From the human T2T-CHM13v2.0 reference genome, Homo sapiens, in the NCBI RefSeq assembly GCF_009914755.1, contig NC_060930.1: a stretch of 64,000 nucleotides of DNA; one strand, given 5' to 3'. Numbering within the stretch: the first letter of the stretch is position 1; the number at the start of each line of letters is the position of its first letter. Shown piece by piece: positions 12,828 through 25,146 of this stretch. The notes under the pieces were generated by a model. That model was not told the DNA's origin. It did not search any database and saw only the letters and a list, made by a program, of their open reading frames with translations. The translations under genes and the position numbers were made by a program.

Positions 12828-13199
12828 TAAATGTGATAGATGTATTTAAGCCCCCTTCATGAGAAGTTGTTTATTCTTAGGAGTTTGAGTTCATCACAGT
12901 GCCTTGACAATTTATGAAAATGAATATTAAACTCAAAAAGATAATCCCCGTGTTGAGTATTATTTAATGTACAATATTGTCTAGGCTGTACCTCTAGCAA
13001 CCAATTAATAAACATGAATATAAAGATTCACAAAATTAAAGTTCATTTTTCATTTGCATTAATATAGACTTTCCCTTCCCTTTGAAGCTGGCTTCTTTTT
13101 GCTTTGATTGTTCCTTAATGTTGCTCTGCATCTGGACAGGACTGATTAGTCTCTCAGGTACAATCTCATTTCTAACAGTGTTTGGGTTAACTTTCGCAT

Positions 13200-13287
13200 A
13201 TGACTCACAGTGATATTACATTAATTATATCTCTTCATTAGATGACTCACATTGATATTACATTAATTGTATCTCTTCATTAGATGA
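13200..13287. repeat. Tandem duplication, 42-bp unit x2
   Basis: 'atgactcaca(g/t)tgatattacattaatt(a/g)tatctcttcattag' at 13200-13241 and 13242-13283, 2 mismatches. Confidence 0.95.
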
Positions 13288-14051
13288 AAAATTTATTAAT
13301 GGTAGCATTAATTTTTTTTCTCAATCATTTTGTGTACTTTCTAGTGCTTGGAGGGCTACACTTCCAAGAATATTCAATATATAGTGATAAGACATGCTCT
13401 TAAAGTCAGTTAGAAAAAGTGCTCTTAATCATAGTCCTTTTGCTTGGATAAATGATTAAATCAAATGTCCTGTCTAAAGATGAACTATCAATATGAAATA
13501 ATGTGGGATTCACTAATGATATTCGTGATTTTCATTCACCATCTCTGTTGATTACTTGAATTACAGAGTTAAGAATTTGCTTATAAAATTTGTTGCTAAT
13601 TCTAAATTTACAGGGGTAAGAAAAAGTTGATTAAATGTGAACTTAATTTTTTAAATTATTAATTTAAATATGCTGTGACAATTTGGAAACATTAATCTAC
13701 AAAAATCTAATGAAGTTTATATATTCAAGTATGTAAAACATTTTTAAGGGCACAAGTCACAAGATTTTATCCAAAAGTGACCAATATAATAATAGAATAC
13801 AGAATCAACAAAGGGCTCCATTATACAGTATGTTTTCCTATTATTTTTGGTGGTTTGAAAGTAGAGATATTGCTTTACATTGTTATCATTTAGAGTTTTT
13901 AACAAAATAGGCATTTCATTAAAATAGAGTACTGTTTCATAGTAACATCAGTTTTACCTTTCTTTCTTCAATGAGTAAACCTCATGCTCTGAAGAGTCCT
14001 ACATCCTAAGGCATGAGTTTGTCACCCTTAATTTGGATAGCTACCTGATGA

Positions 14052-14637
14052 TGTTGGGTGATCAGACTCAACACCGGGTCGTGGGGATGACGAAGTCCAG
14101 CAGAGTCAAAGGAATGAGAAAAGACAGTTTGAGAGAGAAAGTGGGTCCAGGAGGCCATCGCTAAGTATGGAGGCTGCAAAGGCCCCGAGCTCTGGAAGCC
14201 TAGACTATTTATTGGTGATCAAACAAAGAAACAGGTGGTGAGAATGTGGGGGTGAAAGGGAGGGTTGCATTAAGCACATGATTTACAGCTGTGATGGTTT
14301 AGCATCTGCTCGCTCCTTGAGATAATGGAGAGCAGGTTCTTTTAACTCAAGATACAATGGATCCTGGGGGAGCAAGGAGCAAGGAGCCAGCAAGTCTAGA
14401 CACATTCCAGAGGCCACGAGCCCTGGATTCAATCCAAGCCATGAGGGGTTTTATGCCCTGGGCTTAGATTATGGTGCGTCAGGGTAGCCTTCCACCCTTT
14501 AGCACAGAGCTTGGTGTTCCAAAGGCCACAGGGGTTTTAGACCCTGGACCCCGGACATGTTCCAAGACTCTTTTACATTATGTCAGACATGCAAGCCCTG
14601 CCTCAGCTTTTCCCAACACTCAGCTTTTCTCCCAACA
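14052..14637 (-). mobile_element. Solo LTR of a HERV-K-class element (LTR14-like, probably LTR14C)
   Basis: 586 bp with TGTTGGG...CCCAACA terminal inverted repeats. Minus strand begins 'tgttgggagaaaagctgagtgttgggaaaagctgaggcagggcttgcatgtctgac'. Minus-strand AATAAA at 14208-14213. CpGs retained. Flanked by the direct repeat cctgatga. Confidence 0.85.
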
Positions 14638-14959
14638 CCTGATGAAGTTGATGGATTTTTTCTGAGGTCCTTTTCAGGTGTCTCCTCTATCATATTTGTG
14701 AAAAAAGAATCATTACGATTTAGAGTAGTGAGAAAATGTGGAAAAATTCTCCTCTCCATCCTTTGAACCCCATGGAAATTTATATCTTCATTTGCTTTCA
14801 TAAAATTTGTCTTATTTCTTTATTATTCTTTCTTTAAAGGTAGGGACTGTGGTATATCATTACACCTCTTGCATCAGTAGGAAACATTTCTTCCGTATGA
14901 AAAGTAGAACCAGGAGTTTGGTGAGTTGAATTGGCTGTCAGGAAAACCACATTAAAATT

Positions 14960-15085
14960 CCCCCCTTGCTGTTAACTATCCAAGTGATATTTGATGAATC
15001 ACTTACTGGCCTCAGATTTTTTCATCTGTAAAATGAAAGGATTGAACTAGCTGATCTTGAAGCTGATATCTACTCCTAAAATATT
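14960..15085 (+). mobile_element. MIR3-type SINE relic
   Basis: 'gcctcagattttttcatctgtaaaatgaaaggattgaactagctgatct'. Confidence 0.7.
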
Positions 15086-15339
15086 ACCAAGTATATAATA
15101 GTAATAACCAATCTTTAGTCATCCCCATTAACCTAACACACAAGGAACATGTGGAACATGTTTATATCCCAAAATATTTGGATTTCCTTTGCTGCGAATC
15201 ACCCACAATCTACAAGAAAGTTTGCATTCCACAGTTTTCTTTAGGCTCTTTTTATTAGCAAACATGCTAAGGTGTATTTATGTATTGTATACTGATAACT
15301 GCTCCTAATTGGTGCCAACTCTGAGCAAGGAATACTCTG

Positions 15340-16200
15340 CTGTGTAAGTGACTCTGGAGATGAACCTTACGTAAGAATTGCTTAGATTCTGCTATTTGCA
15401 TAACTTTGCCATGTTCTTCCAGAGGCCGAGAGACTTGTTGATACAGGCAAAATAATTCAAGCTGAAAGTTTTATTTTATACTCCTGTTTTCTATCTGACT
15501 TTCAAACCTGTCCTAGAGCAAGTGAACCAGCACTTTTTTTTCCAGCTTACTTAATTAGGGAAAAATAATAAGGATATATATAAGCTGCTGTGTGTATATA
15601 CTATATATAGGAAAGATCAAATTAGTTCATTGTAGATAAAATTTTTACTGAAATGTTTCCTCAATTTCTAAAATGATATATGTATGTGTATATATAAAAT
15701 ACAGATATATATATATGTAATTATATATATACTTTGCTGAGCTCCACTTTGACACAGAGGGTGTGACGCAAAGCAGAGTAGCCAACAAAAACCACTTAAC
15801 TAGGCCCACCTATACAGTATGACCAAGTTGAGGATAAGCCTCACTAAAATATTTCACCTGGCATGTGTTCAAGTTTTGAGGTTGAATGAGTCTGCTTTTG
15901 TTTCTCACTAAGCCTGGAAGAAAGGGAACTTGTTAGGGAGGAGGAGAGGAGAGAAGGGAGGAATGAGTTAAGTCCTTAGCATCTTTAGTGCTTTTTCTTT
16001 GCTTCTTTTCAAACAAGCACACCACATTGAATAGCATGTGGAAAATTGGCATTTCCAGTGAATAGAAATTAACTGGCAAACAACAAAAGGGAAAACAGAG
16101 GAATGCTGCTGGATGCTGTTTGACTTGTCTCATCTTGTCAGAGAAGGAACACCTGTGAATCAAATGATTTAAGATGAATTTACCTACATGTTTGGTTCCT
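15340..16200. promoter_or_regulatory. Candidate enhancer (motif-dense, no recognisable interspersed repeat)
   Basis: CTTACGTAAG palindrome 15366-15375, octamer ATTTGCAT 15394-15401, TGACGCAA 15764-15771, ACCACA 16021-16026, inverted TGGAAA pair 16039-16057, GGAATG at 15960 and 16100. Motif evidence only. Confidence 0.35.
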
Positions 16201-16379
16201 GTTCAGATGTTTTAGATTTCGTAGCAATTTTATTTACTTGGGAGGGTTTTTAAAAGTATGATTCTTCTGTAAGTTAGGAATAAAAAACAGAAGACCTAAA
16301 AGTAGTATGGGTGAACAACCATTCAAATATGCCACTTCAGAAAATTTGCTCAGTTTTTTTCTTTTGGAGAAACACAAGT

Positions 16380-16388
<9 letters not shown>

Positions 16389-16417
<29 letters not shown>
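16389..16417. repeat. (CA)14 microsatellite
   Basis: Read directly; preceded by 'tgcgcg'. Confidence 0.97.
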
Positions 16418-16419
<2 letters not shown>

Positions 16420-17303
16420 ATTTAAATAGCCAACAAACCAACACAAATATCTGCAGTGTTCTGACTTTTAGAAAAGATTGCTAATCTGGTATTTTGATAA
16501 GAAATTTGTCTTTTTAAGAATAGAAAATCTTCTTCAATATCAAAATCCTCTCATATTCATATACAGTAATTTTGCCCCCCCATAATATGCTGTATGCACT
16601 TCCAAGTTGGAAACTAAAACCTCATTTTATTCTAGAGTATTGTAAAAATTTACTGTGAACAACCTGTGCTGTGACATCATCTACTGAGTGAATGTGTATG
16701 GGTTTAGTAAAAAGCCAGAAGCCAACCTCATGTCTCACTTGTTCTTTGCTCTTTCTTTGGAGAAGAAAACCATCTGATACAAATACAAATCATATTTTTT
16801 ATTCAAATCAATGTTTTCCTGAATGTGGAACAGATACTGTTTGTCATGACAACTCAGTCATGACTTGTGATTGAAGCAATTAATCAAAGGAGGGTATTTG
16901 GTAAAAGAGCATACGTCCAGTGACAGAAATCACCTTTCATGAAGATTACCTCTATAAAAAGTTATATAAGCTTATATTTTAGTGACAAAGTTGTTAAATA
17001 ATTCATTACATGTAAAGTAACATAACCATGACCAACAATAGTAAGGTCTTAGAGTTTTCATAGGTCTCAGACATTGTCATTAAATTATGGTGACTGATTT
17101 GCAAAGGGGTTTAGCTTTCATGATAGTTGAGCATTAACCTCAGGGAAAAATATATAATGAGCAAAAAAAACACCTGCAGATGATGCTGCTCAGTAAAGCT
17201 GGACTTCATTATTTTATATCAGGTTATAGTCATCTGAAAAGTAGGGACTTTCAGAATCACAGACTAGTTGAGTTGGAAGGAAACTTACTTCATAATACAA
17301 CCA

Positions 17304-19246
17304 TAGGCATACCTTGTTTTATTGCGTTTCACAGATAATTGCAATTTTTTTTTTTTTTTTTTTTTTTTACAAATTAATATTGTGACAACCCTGGGTGAAG
17401 CAAGTTTATCAGCACCATTTTTCCAACAGCATGTGCTCATTTCATGTCTCTGTTATATTTTGGTAATTTTCACAATATTTCCAACTTTTTCATTACTTTT
17501 ATATCTGTGATGTATCTTTGATATTACTATTGGAATTGTTTTGGGGCATCAGGAACTGTGCCCATAGAAGATAACAAGCATAATCGATAAATGGTGTATG
17601 TGTTCTGACCGCTCTCCACTAGCCAGCTGTTCCCCATCTCTCTCTCTCTCTCTCTCTTCAGGCCTCCCTATTCCCTGAGACACAAAAATATTGAAATTAG
17701 TCCAATTAATAAGCCTAGAATGGCCTCTAAGTATTCAAGAGAAAGGAAGAGTTGCACATATCCTGCTTTAAATCAAAACCTATAAATGATTAAGCTTAGC
17801 GAGGAGGATATGTTTGAAAGTTGAGATAGGCTAAAAGCTAGGCCTCTTGTACCAGTTAATCGAGTTGTCAATGCAAGGAAAAATTTATTGAAGGAAATTT
17901 AAAGTGCTACTTCAATGAATACATCAATGTTAAAGCAAAACAGCCTTACTGCTGATACGGAGAAAATTTGAGTGGTCTGGATAGAAGACCAAAGCAGCCA
18001 CAACATTCTCCTAAGCCAAAGCCTGATCTAGACCAAGGTCCTAACTCTTTTCAATTCTATAAAGTCTGATGTAGGTGAGAAAGGAAAATCTCTGAAGCTA
18101 GGAGAGGTTGATTCATGAGCTTTAAGGAAAGAACTCTCAGAAAGAAAGATTTCTTTAAAAATACTACTGCTCATTGACAGTGTACCTGGTCACCCAATAG
18201 CTCTGATGCAGATGTACATGATTAATGTTGCTTTCAAGCCTGCTAACACACATTAATTCTGCAACCCATGGAACAAGGAGTAATTTTGACTTTCAAGTCT
18301 TATTATTTAAGAAATGCATTTTTAAAGACCATAGCTGCCATAGATAGTAATTCATCTGATGGATCTGGGCAAAGTAAATTTAAAACCTCTGGAAAGGATT
18401 TACCATTCTAGGTGCCATTAAGAAAATTCATGATTCATTGGAGGAGGTTATAATGTCAACATTAACAAGTTTGGAAGAATTTGATTCCAACCTTCATGGA
18501 TGGCTTTGAAGAGCTCCAGACTTCAGTGGAGGAAGTAACTGCAAATGTAGTAGAAATAGCAAGAGAAGTAGAATTAGAAGTGAAGCCTGAATATGTAACT
18601 GAATTGCTGCAATCTCATAAAAACATTTTAATCGATGAGGAGTTGTTTCTTATGGATAAAGAATATTATTTCCTGAGATGGAAACTACCCCTGATAAATA
18701 TGCTGTTAACATTGTTGAAATGACAACCAAGGATTTCGAATACTGTTTAAAATTAGTTGATGAAGCAATGATGGGGTTTGAAAGGATTGACTCCAATTTT
18801 GAAAGAAGTTCTGCTGTTGATAAAATTCTGTCAAACAGCATCCTACAGAAAAACCTTTCATGAAAGGAAGAGTCAATCAACGCAGCAAATTCATTGTGTC
18901 TTGTTTTAAGAAATTGCCACTGCTACATCAGCCTTTCATAATCACTACTCTGATCAATCAGCAGTCATCAACATCAAGGCAAGATCCTCCACCAGCAAAA
19001 ATATTACAATTCACTGAAGGCTCAGATGATTGTTAGGAATTTTTAGCAATAAAGTATTTTTTAATTAAGGTACATATATTACTTTTAGACATAATGCTAT
19101 TGCATACTTAATAGACTACAGTATAGTATAAACATAAGTTTTATGTGCACTGGGAAAACAAAACATTTGTGTAACTTGACTTATTGCTGTATTTGCTCTT
19201 ATGCAGTGTTCTGGAATGAACTCACAATATCTCCAAGGTGTGCCTG
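17304..19246 (+). mobile_element. Tigger1 DNA transposon, both termini present, internally deleted, inserted into a minus-strand MIR
   Basis: Left end 'taggcataccttgttttattgcg'; right end 'caatatctccaaggtgtgcctg'. About 1.94 kb versus the ~2.4 kb consensus, with a deletion junction near 18133. MIR halves at ~17245-17300 and ~19250-19370. Confidence 0.95.
18481..18863 (+). pseudogene. Frameshifted Tigger1 coding remnant
   Basis: ORFs 'IPTFMDGFEELQTSVEEVTANVVEIAREVELEVKPEYVTELLQSH' and '[37 protein letters not shown]' match the Tigger1/TIGD1-like C-terminal region. Confidence 0.85.
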
Positions 19247-20599
19247 GATATTACTTCATTGATGAGGAAGCTTAGGCTTAAAGGTATCAAGTGACTGCAC
19301 AGGAAGTTGTGGGCAAAACTTGGTCAAGACTCAGTTTTCTTAGCCCCCCAAACTGTGTGCACATTCTGTTATGGCACATTTCAGGCAGATTCTGGGGATA
19401 TGCTTGTCTTCATTCCATATTAGTGCCTCTGGCATCTAGAATTCAAAGAGGGAGGTACCTGTATTTGGGTTGAGAACACCAGACTGAATTTCAAACTACA
19501 TTTTCTTAGGAAATAGAGGCAGTGCTTCTGATGTGTCCAGGAACACCTGACTACTCACTTTCAATAAATGTACAGTGAAAAGAATATTCTGCTCTCTTTT
19601 GAGTGGAGTGAGAAACTCAATTTCTAAGAAAGAAATAAAACCCTTCCCCCAGTGTTTTATCATTTTGATGAGTTTCTGCTAGAAGTTGACATTATCTTTC
19701 CAAAGACAAATATTCTTACAAAATCAAAAGAAAGAAGAGAACTGCTATTGTAGTTTTTTTTTGGGGGGGAGGGAAATTTTTAGAAGTGTTCATTAAGTAA
19801 AATATTCGAAATATAATTTTTATGTCCTGAACTGGAGTCACCCTATGACTGTTTTGATTTTATTTGTTAGAAATGAAATTATAAAATTTAAAGGAAAGCA
19901 TGTTTAACAGATTTTGAAAGGTTAATAATTGTTGACTATAGTAGGAGGTGATTAAGAAAGGGTTCAGAAACTTTTTTGCATGGGCCTCTAAATAATTCAT
20001 CATTTGAATCTGTTCAATGTGTTCAGCTTTCACAGACCAGCTTAGTATCCCTGCCAAATTAAAGTTGGCAACTTAAAAGCTTATTGAATCTTTGGACCAA
20101 GTGTTTTCTTGTTGTTTAGAATTTTTCAAAGACAGAATAATTATTTAAGGTAGGAAAGTACTTGCCCATGAAAAGATGTTTTAATACTGTTTCTCTAAGA
20201 ATAGGGTTCTATTTTAATACCTCATATTTCTCTTGTATCCTAGTGACTCCTCAACACCCATTTTCCTGGTAACTTCCCTCATTTTACTTTGGCTCATAGT
20301 AAATGACCTTTAGTTCTATGGGATAGGGTAATTTCACCCTCCAGGAAGCTAATACTGAAAATATTATTCCCAATCATATTATTCTTTGACGTTTACCTTC
20401 AAAGCCACTTAATAAAAGCCAGCTGAAACTTACTTTCCCTTTCTCTATTACTAGCTTAGTTTTTCTTAAAAGATGGTGTTTGATCATAATGTTTAAATAG
20501 ATAACTCAGTTTTATATTTAAAAATGTGATTTACCTTCCGAAAATGCAATAGGCATGAATTGCAAAGTATGTACTGGATGTATGTTGCCTCTAAAACAT

Positions 20600-21030
20600 T
20601 GTATTCAAGAATCCTCAAGAGGGCTGTCTATCTCATTTTACTGCAAGTAACACAAAGAAGCCAGATGGGATATTCAACACTGGACTTGAAAAACTCTAGC
20701 TAGATCATCGGATTCATTAGGTACATTTTCCACTTTCCATGTTAGTGCAGGCAACAGTGTTGCTAAGTTTCTGCCACTATGTAACAAAGATGCCTTGTTT
20801 CCAGGATCCAATACCATTCCTTCACCGCTTTTAAAGACCTCCCAGCAGCCTCCTCAAAGATCTTGATGAGGCTTTGAGAGTTTTCCTAAAAATCTCTTCA
20901 AGGCTTCCAGTGCTTTAGATAACACTCTCCATAGGCCTCCCAAGCTTCTTTCTACTACGTCATCCCCAAAGCCACTAATATATTTTGAAACTTTGGCTGC
21001 AATAGCACCCCGCTTCCAAGTACAAAAATT
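20600..21030 (-). mobile_element. MLT1 internal (MaLR-int) relic
   Basis: 'gcaacagtgttgctaagtttctgccactatgtaacaaagatgcc'; ends 'gcaccccgcttccaagtacaaaaatt' abutting the LTR. Confidence 0.7.
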
Positions 21031-22068
21031 TGTATAGGTTGTTCATTATTGTGTAACAAATCACCTAATAACTTAGTGGTAGAAAACAACGACATTATTA
21101 TCCCTCATACTCTTTGTGGATTAGCAGTTTGAGAATAGCTTCTTAGCTGTCTCCAGCTAGAGGTCCTTCATAAGATTGCAGTTAGATTTCAGCTAAGAAA
21201 GCAACCATCTGAAGGTTACTGGGGCTGGAGGATTCACTTTCAAAGTGATGTGGTCACCTGGCTGGTGGCTGATGCTGGTTGCTGGAAGCAGGCCTCAGTT
21301 CATTACCACATAGATCCTTCTCCAGGGATGCTTTAGCATCTCATGGCTTTATAGTGTTAGGAGATGACTCTCCACACATCTCTCACATCTTGTGAGCAGG
21401 GGAACTTAAAATTTCCCTTGTTCTGAATTCTCTTTTCAAAGATGTTTGCATAGCAAACTGCCTTGATTAATGAAGATAGTACCCCTCTAGAGCAAAGGGC
21501 AGGGATTTTTCATTTTTATCCTCTTTAATAGAGATACTATCTCCTTACGCTAAAGGTCAGACAAGTTTACAGCCGATTATAAAAAATTGAGTTCCCTAAA
21601 TTTGGGTGTGTATCTTCTTTAATACAACCCAGTACATGTATAAGCATCCCTTGTTCCACTTTGCATTGGTCTGTGGAAATTGGGGCTGAAGTAACTGAAC
21701 ATGCTTAAACTTTGGTTACTTTCACTGTTTTGAGTAATCAGCTGTCCTTTGACTTTGACTCAGGGGTCTTGTTTCTTCTGTTACCATCCACAAAACTGTG
21801 GCAAGGTAACTTGTATGTTTGCAAGTAAGATAAAATCTCAGATATTTCATGGTTCTTGATAGGCAGCTGGCTTCCCCTAGAGTGAGTGATCTAACAGACC
21901 AATGCAGAAGCTGAGATGGCTTTTTGAATTAACCTAGAATGTCACATATCATAATTTCTACAATGTTCTATTGGTCAGCCCTGATTCAGTATAGAAAGGG
22001 ACTATACACAGTTGGGAATACCAGCAGGTAAGACTCATTGAGGACTACCTTGAAACAAAGCTACCACA
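21031..22068 (-). mobile_element. MLT1 (F/G/H-like) LTR, split by a MER76-like LTR
   Basis: 'tgtgtaacaaatcacctaataacttagtgg', 'catctgaaggttactggggctggaggattcac'; resumes 'ggcagctggcttcccctagagtgagtgatc' and ends 'gctaccaca'. Confidence 0.8.
21355..21861 (+). mobile_element. ERV-L solo LTR (MER76-like)
   Basis: 'tgttaggagatgactctcc...cttttcaaagatgtttgcatagcaaactgccttg...aaactgtggcaaggtaacttg...gcaagtaagataaaatctcaga...gttcttgata'. Confidence 0.7.
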
Positions 22069-23134
22069 GCTCTCCTAAAAGTTGTAAAAACCTTAGCTCA
22101 GGGATAATACACTGATTATCTCTATGTTCCCTGTAGAGTTCAAACTAGTGCTTTCATACAATATCCACTCAAAAAATATTTGTTGAGTATCATTATGTGG
22201 AAGAGTACTGAAATTACTAACAGCATGTGAATTGGGATCAAGTGAATTAAATATAGCATAGTCATAATTCATTTAATGTATATTTAACCTTATAAATTCA
22301 ACTTTATGAATTGAGGGAAAAAAAGAAAATGGTTTTCACAAAGCAAAGCCCTTTAGCCATAAGCAAATTACTTCCTCTGATGCTCAACCAATAAAAACCA
22401 ATAATCTATCCCTACTCCAGGGAAAAATAATTTGCTGAACTTCTCGAGAAATAGAATTATATTCAAACCATGTTTATTCTAATCATAAAAGTTTAATGAA
22501 CTTTAATAGTTAATTTTGACTTAAGCAATCTGTCCCCTATAAATGTATTTAGAACCTAATCACTGAAAATATCCCTACTGCACTGTGCAACATTTTTATG
22601 AAATATTAAGATAGGGAAAAGAAGAGATTTTAGGGTGGTGCTATAGTTCATCTAACTATGTCTAAATCAAACTGCCATCTTCAACTCCTGCCCATTTGGT
22701 TTATGGTATCAGCTCAGCTAATGGCACAGACTTCTTTGAAGCTCAGTGATTGAGATTTATCAAAAACAAACCAAAACCCAAAAAACCTGCCATGATCTTG
22801 GTGGAAATAATTTTCAAATTCTTACGTAGTTATTATATTTTCTGGCTTGGAATCATAATGAGTTTAAAGCATTAATTAGGAACACATTCCATCCTTTGCC
22901 TCCCATGGTTAAACCGTTTAATTAAAGACCTTGAAGCCTTCTGGGCAAAACAATCAGGCCATGATGTGATCATCTCCCTCTTGTTTTCTTTGCTTTGTGC
23001 TTCTTCATCTTTAAAAACGTAATTCGTTTATTCTAGGACTATTTGGCACTTTCCACTTAGCCAACAGTAGACAAAAGAAGTCAGTAGTAGTTTGGTTTTG
23101 TAGATTCTTGAAGTGATTTATTTCTGATGGTTGT

Positions 23135-23870
23135 AGACAGTCATTTATTGCATAAATATTTGTTGAGCAAGTGCCAGCTAAGAATCCTGATACTGTGCTA
23201 GGTGCTTTGAAACAAGTCATAAACCAGATGCAGCTCCTTGTTTGCATCTAAAGGAGTGCTCAGGAAAGAAGGTGAAATGAGACAGAGACATTCCTATCTA
23301 CAACCCAAAGAGTCAAGTGGTAACGTGCCATGGTAAAATATTATAATAACGCAGATGGTGAAAAGATTATTTCTTGATAAGAGGAATTAAGAGACAAAAG
23401 AGACATGGAGGAGATGGGATTTAAGTTCTACTGGAAAGGAATTAGACATGCAGAGGCTGGGATGAGTGAGACTATTAAAAAAAAAGAACAAGGAAGCAGA
23501 AGAATGTGAGTCGTCAAAGTAAAGAATATAAAAGGAAATAATAGGGAATAAATTTGAGCTGAGGTAAAGCATGGAAGTTGAAATTCAAATTCTACAAGTG
23601 ATAGGAAACCACTGAAGATATTTTAGCAGGGTTGCGATGTCATCTGAAGTTTTCCTTAGGACTTGAAGACAAGAGAATGAGGGCGGTAAGACCAATTAAT
23701 GGGTCAAATCATCTAATGATTTTGGACTTTATTCTAGGACCAAGAATAAGGCATTTTTAAAGAGTTTTAAAGATAAGAACTAGTTATTTAGATTTGTATT
23801 TTAAATAGCTCACTCAGGCGGAGGTGCAGAGTTTGGATAGGAAGGGATAAGAATAGAAAGAGAGAAAGGT
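23135..23870 (-). mobile_element. L2 LINE relic
   Basis: 'cataaatatttgttgagcaagtgc...tactgtgctaggtgct', 'gataggaaaccactgaagatattttagcagg', 'gatttgtattttaaatagctcactcaggc'. Confidence 0.7.
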
Positions 23871-24194
23871 AAGATGGCTCCTTAACTAGTCTGCCTTTAT
23901 AGCTGTTAGTATTTGCAGTCTGCCTTTTGCTTGATGATCCATTTTAGACAATAACAACCTCTTCTGGCTTGACTCAGTATCCTCTTTCAAGTATCTTTTT
24001 GATTTTCACCTTCTGGTCTCTCACCTTGTGATCATAGAAAGAAACGTACTTGGTTTAAATAGAATCAACACTTTGGATCCACTTACTCCGTGGTTTCCCC
24101 AGTAGTGGAATAGGGGATGGTGAGGTGAGAGGAAATTAGAGAACATTACTGCCATTTATCATTGTTATTATAGATTTTCCCGAGTTTAAATTAG

Positions 24195-24196
<2 letters not shown>

Positions 24197-24238
<42 letters not shown>
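24197..24238. repeat. (GT)21 microsatellite
   Basis: Perfect GT run, read directly. Confidence 0.98.
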
Positions 24239-24240
<2 letters not shown>

Positions 24241-25076
24241 ATGTGTGGGTGCCCATCTCAGTATCATTGAAGCCACATACCAAAGACTATAAGGTTGGCC
24301 CTTAACTGCAGGCATGGGACAAATGAATCAAAATTCATGTCCTAGACTCAGTAGTTTTAGGAGGGATAAACTCTGAAACTTTTAAGTCTATGAATATAAA
24401 GGAGAGCAGGCATTGTGTCCAAAACAAAAAGTCTAATTTTGGTTCTGCCAAATGGGACGGATGTTAGAGAAATCCTCTGGAGCAATTGAAGCTAGAAGAA
24501 GTGAACATTTTTTGAAGAACCTTTAACAAAGCCTCTGGGCACAAAAGGAATTGAACATATATTTCTATTTCCTCATTTGCTTTCTTTAATTTTTTTTAAT
24601 TTCTAAATTGACACATTGTAATTGTACATATTTATGGGGTACAATCTGAAACTTTGATATCTGTATATGTTATCTAATAATCAAATCAGGGTAGTTAGCA
24701 CATTTATCTATTACCTTACACACTTTTTATTTATTTGTGGTGAGAACATTCAAAAGCCTCTATTCTAGCTATTTTGTAATATACAATACCTTATTGTTGA
24801 CCATAGTTACCCTACTGTGCAATAGAACACCAGAACCTATTCTTCCTAATTGTAACCTTGTACCCATTGACCAACCTCTTTCCATTTTCTCCTTTCCTAT
24901 CTGCTCAGTCTCTGATAACTAGTCTTTAGAGATAAATTTTTTCTAAATTCCACATGAGTGAGATCATGTGGCATTTTCCTTTATCTGCCTTATTTCACTC
25001 AACATGGATGTCCTCCAGTTTCATCTATGTTGTTGCAAATGACAGAATTTATTCTTTTTATGGCTGAACAGTATTC

Positions 25077-25081
25077 CTCTC

Positions 25082-25144
<63 letters not shown>
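25077..25144. repeat. Compound (CT)n(GT)14 microsatellite inside the L1 3'UTR
   Basis: Read directly. Confidence 0.95.

Positions 25145-25146
<2 letters not shown>

Noticed and set aside
12756-13287. Spaced direct repeats as a CRISPR-like array
   Set aside because: Only two copies of each, unrelated units, eukaryotic context, and no cas genes.
18481-18863. Domesticated TIGD-like transposase gene
   Set aside because: Frameshifted, with an internal deletion in the transposase region.
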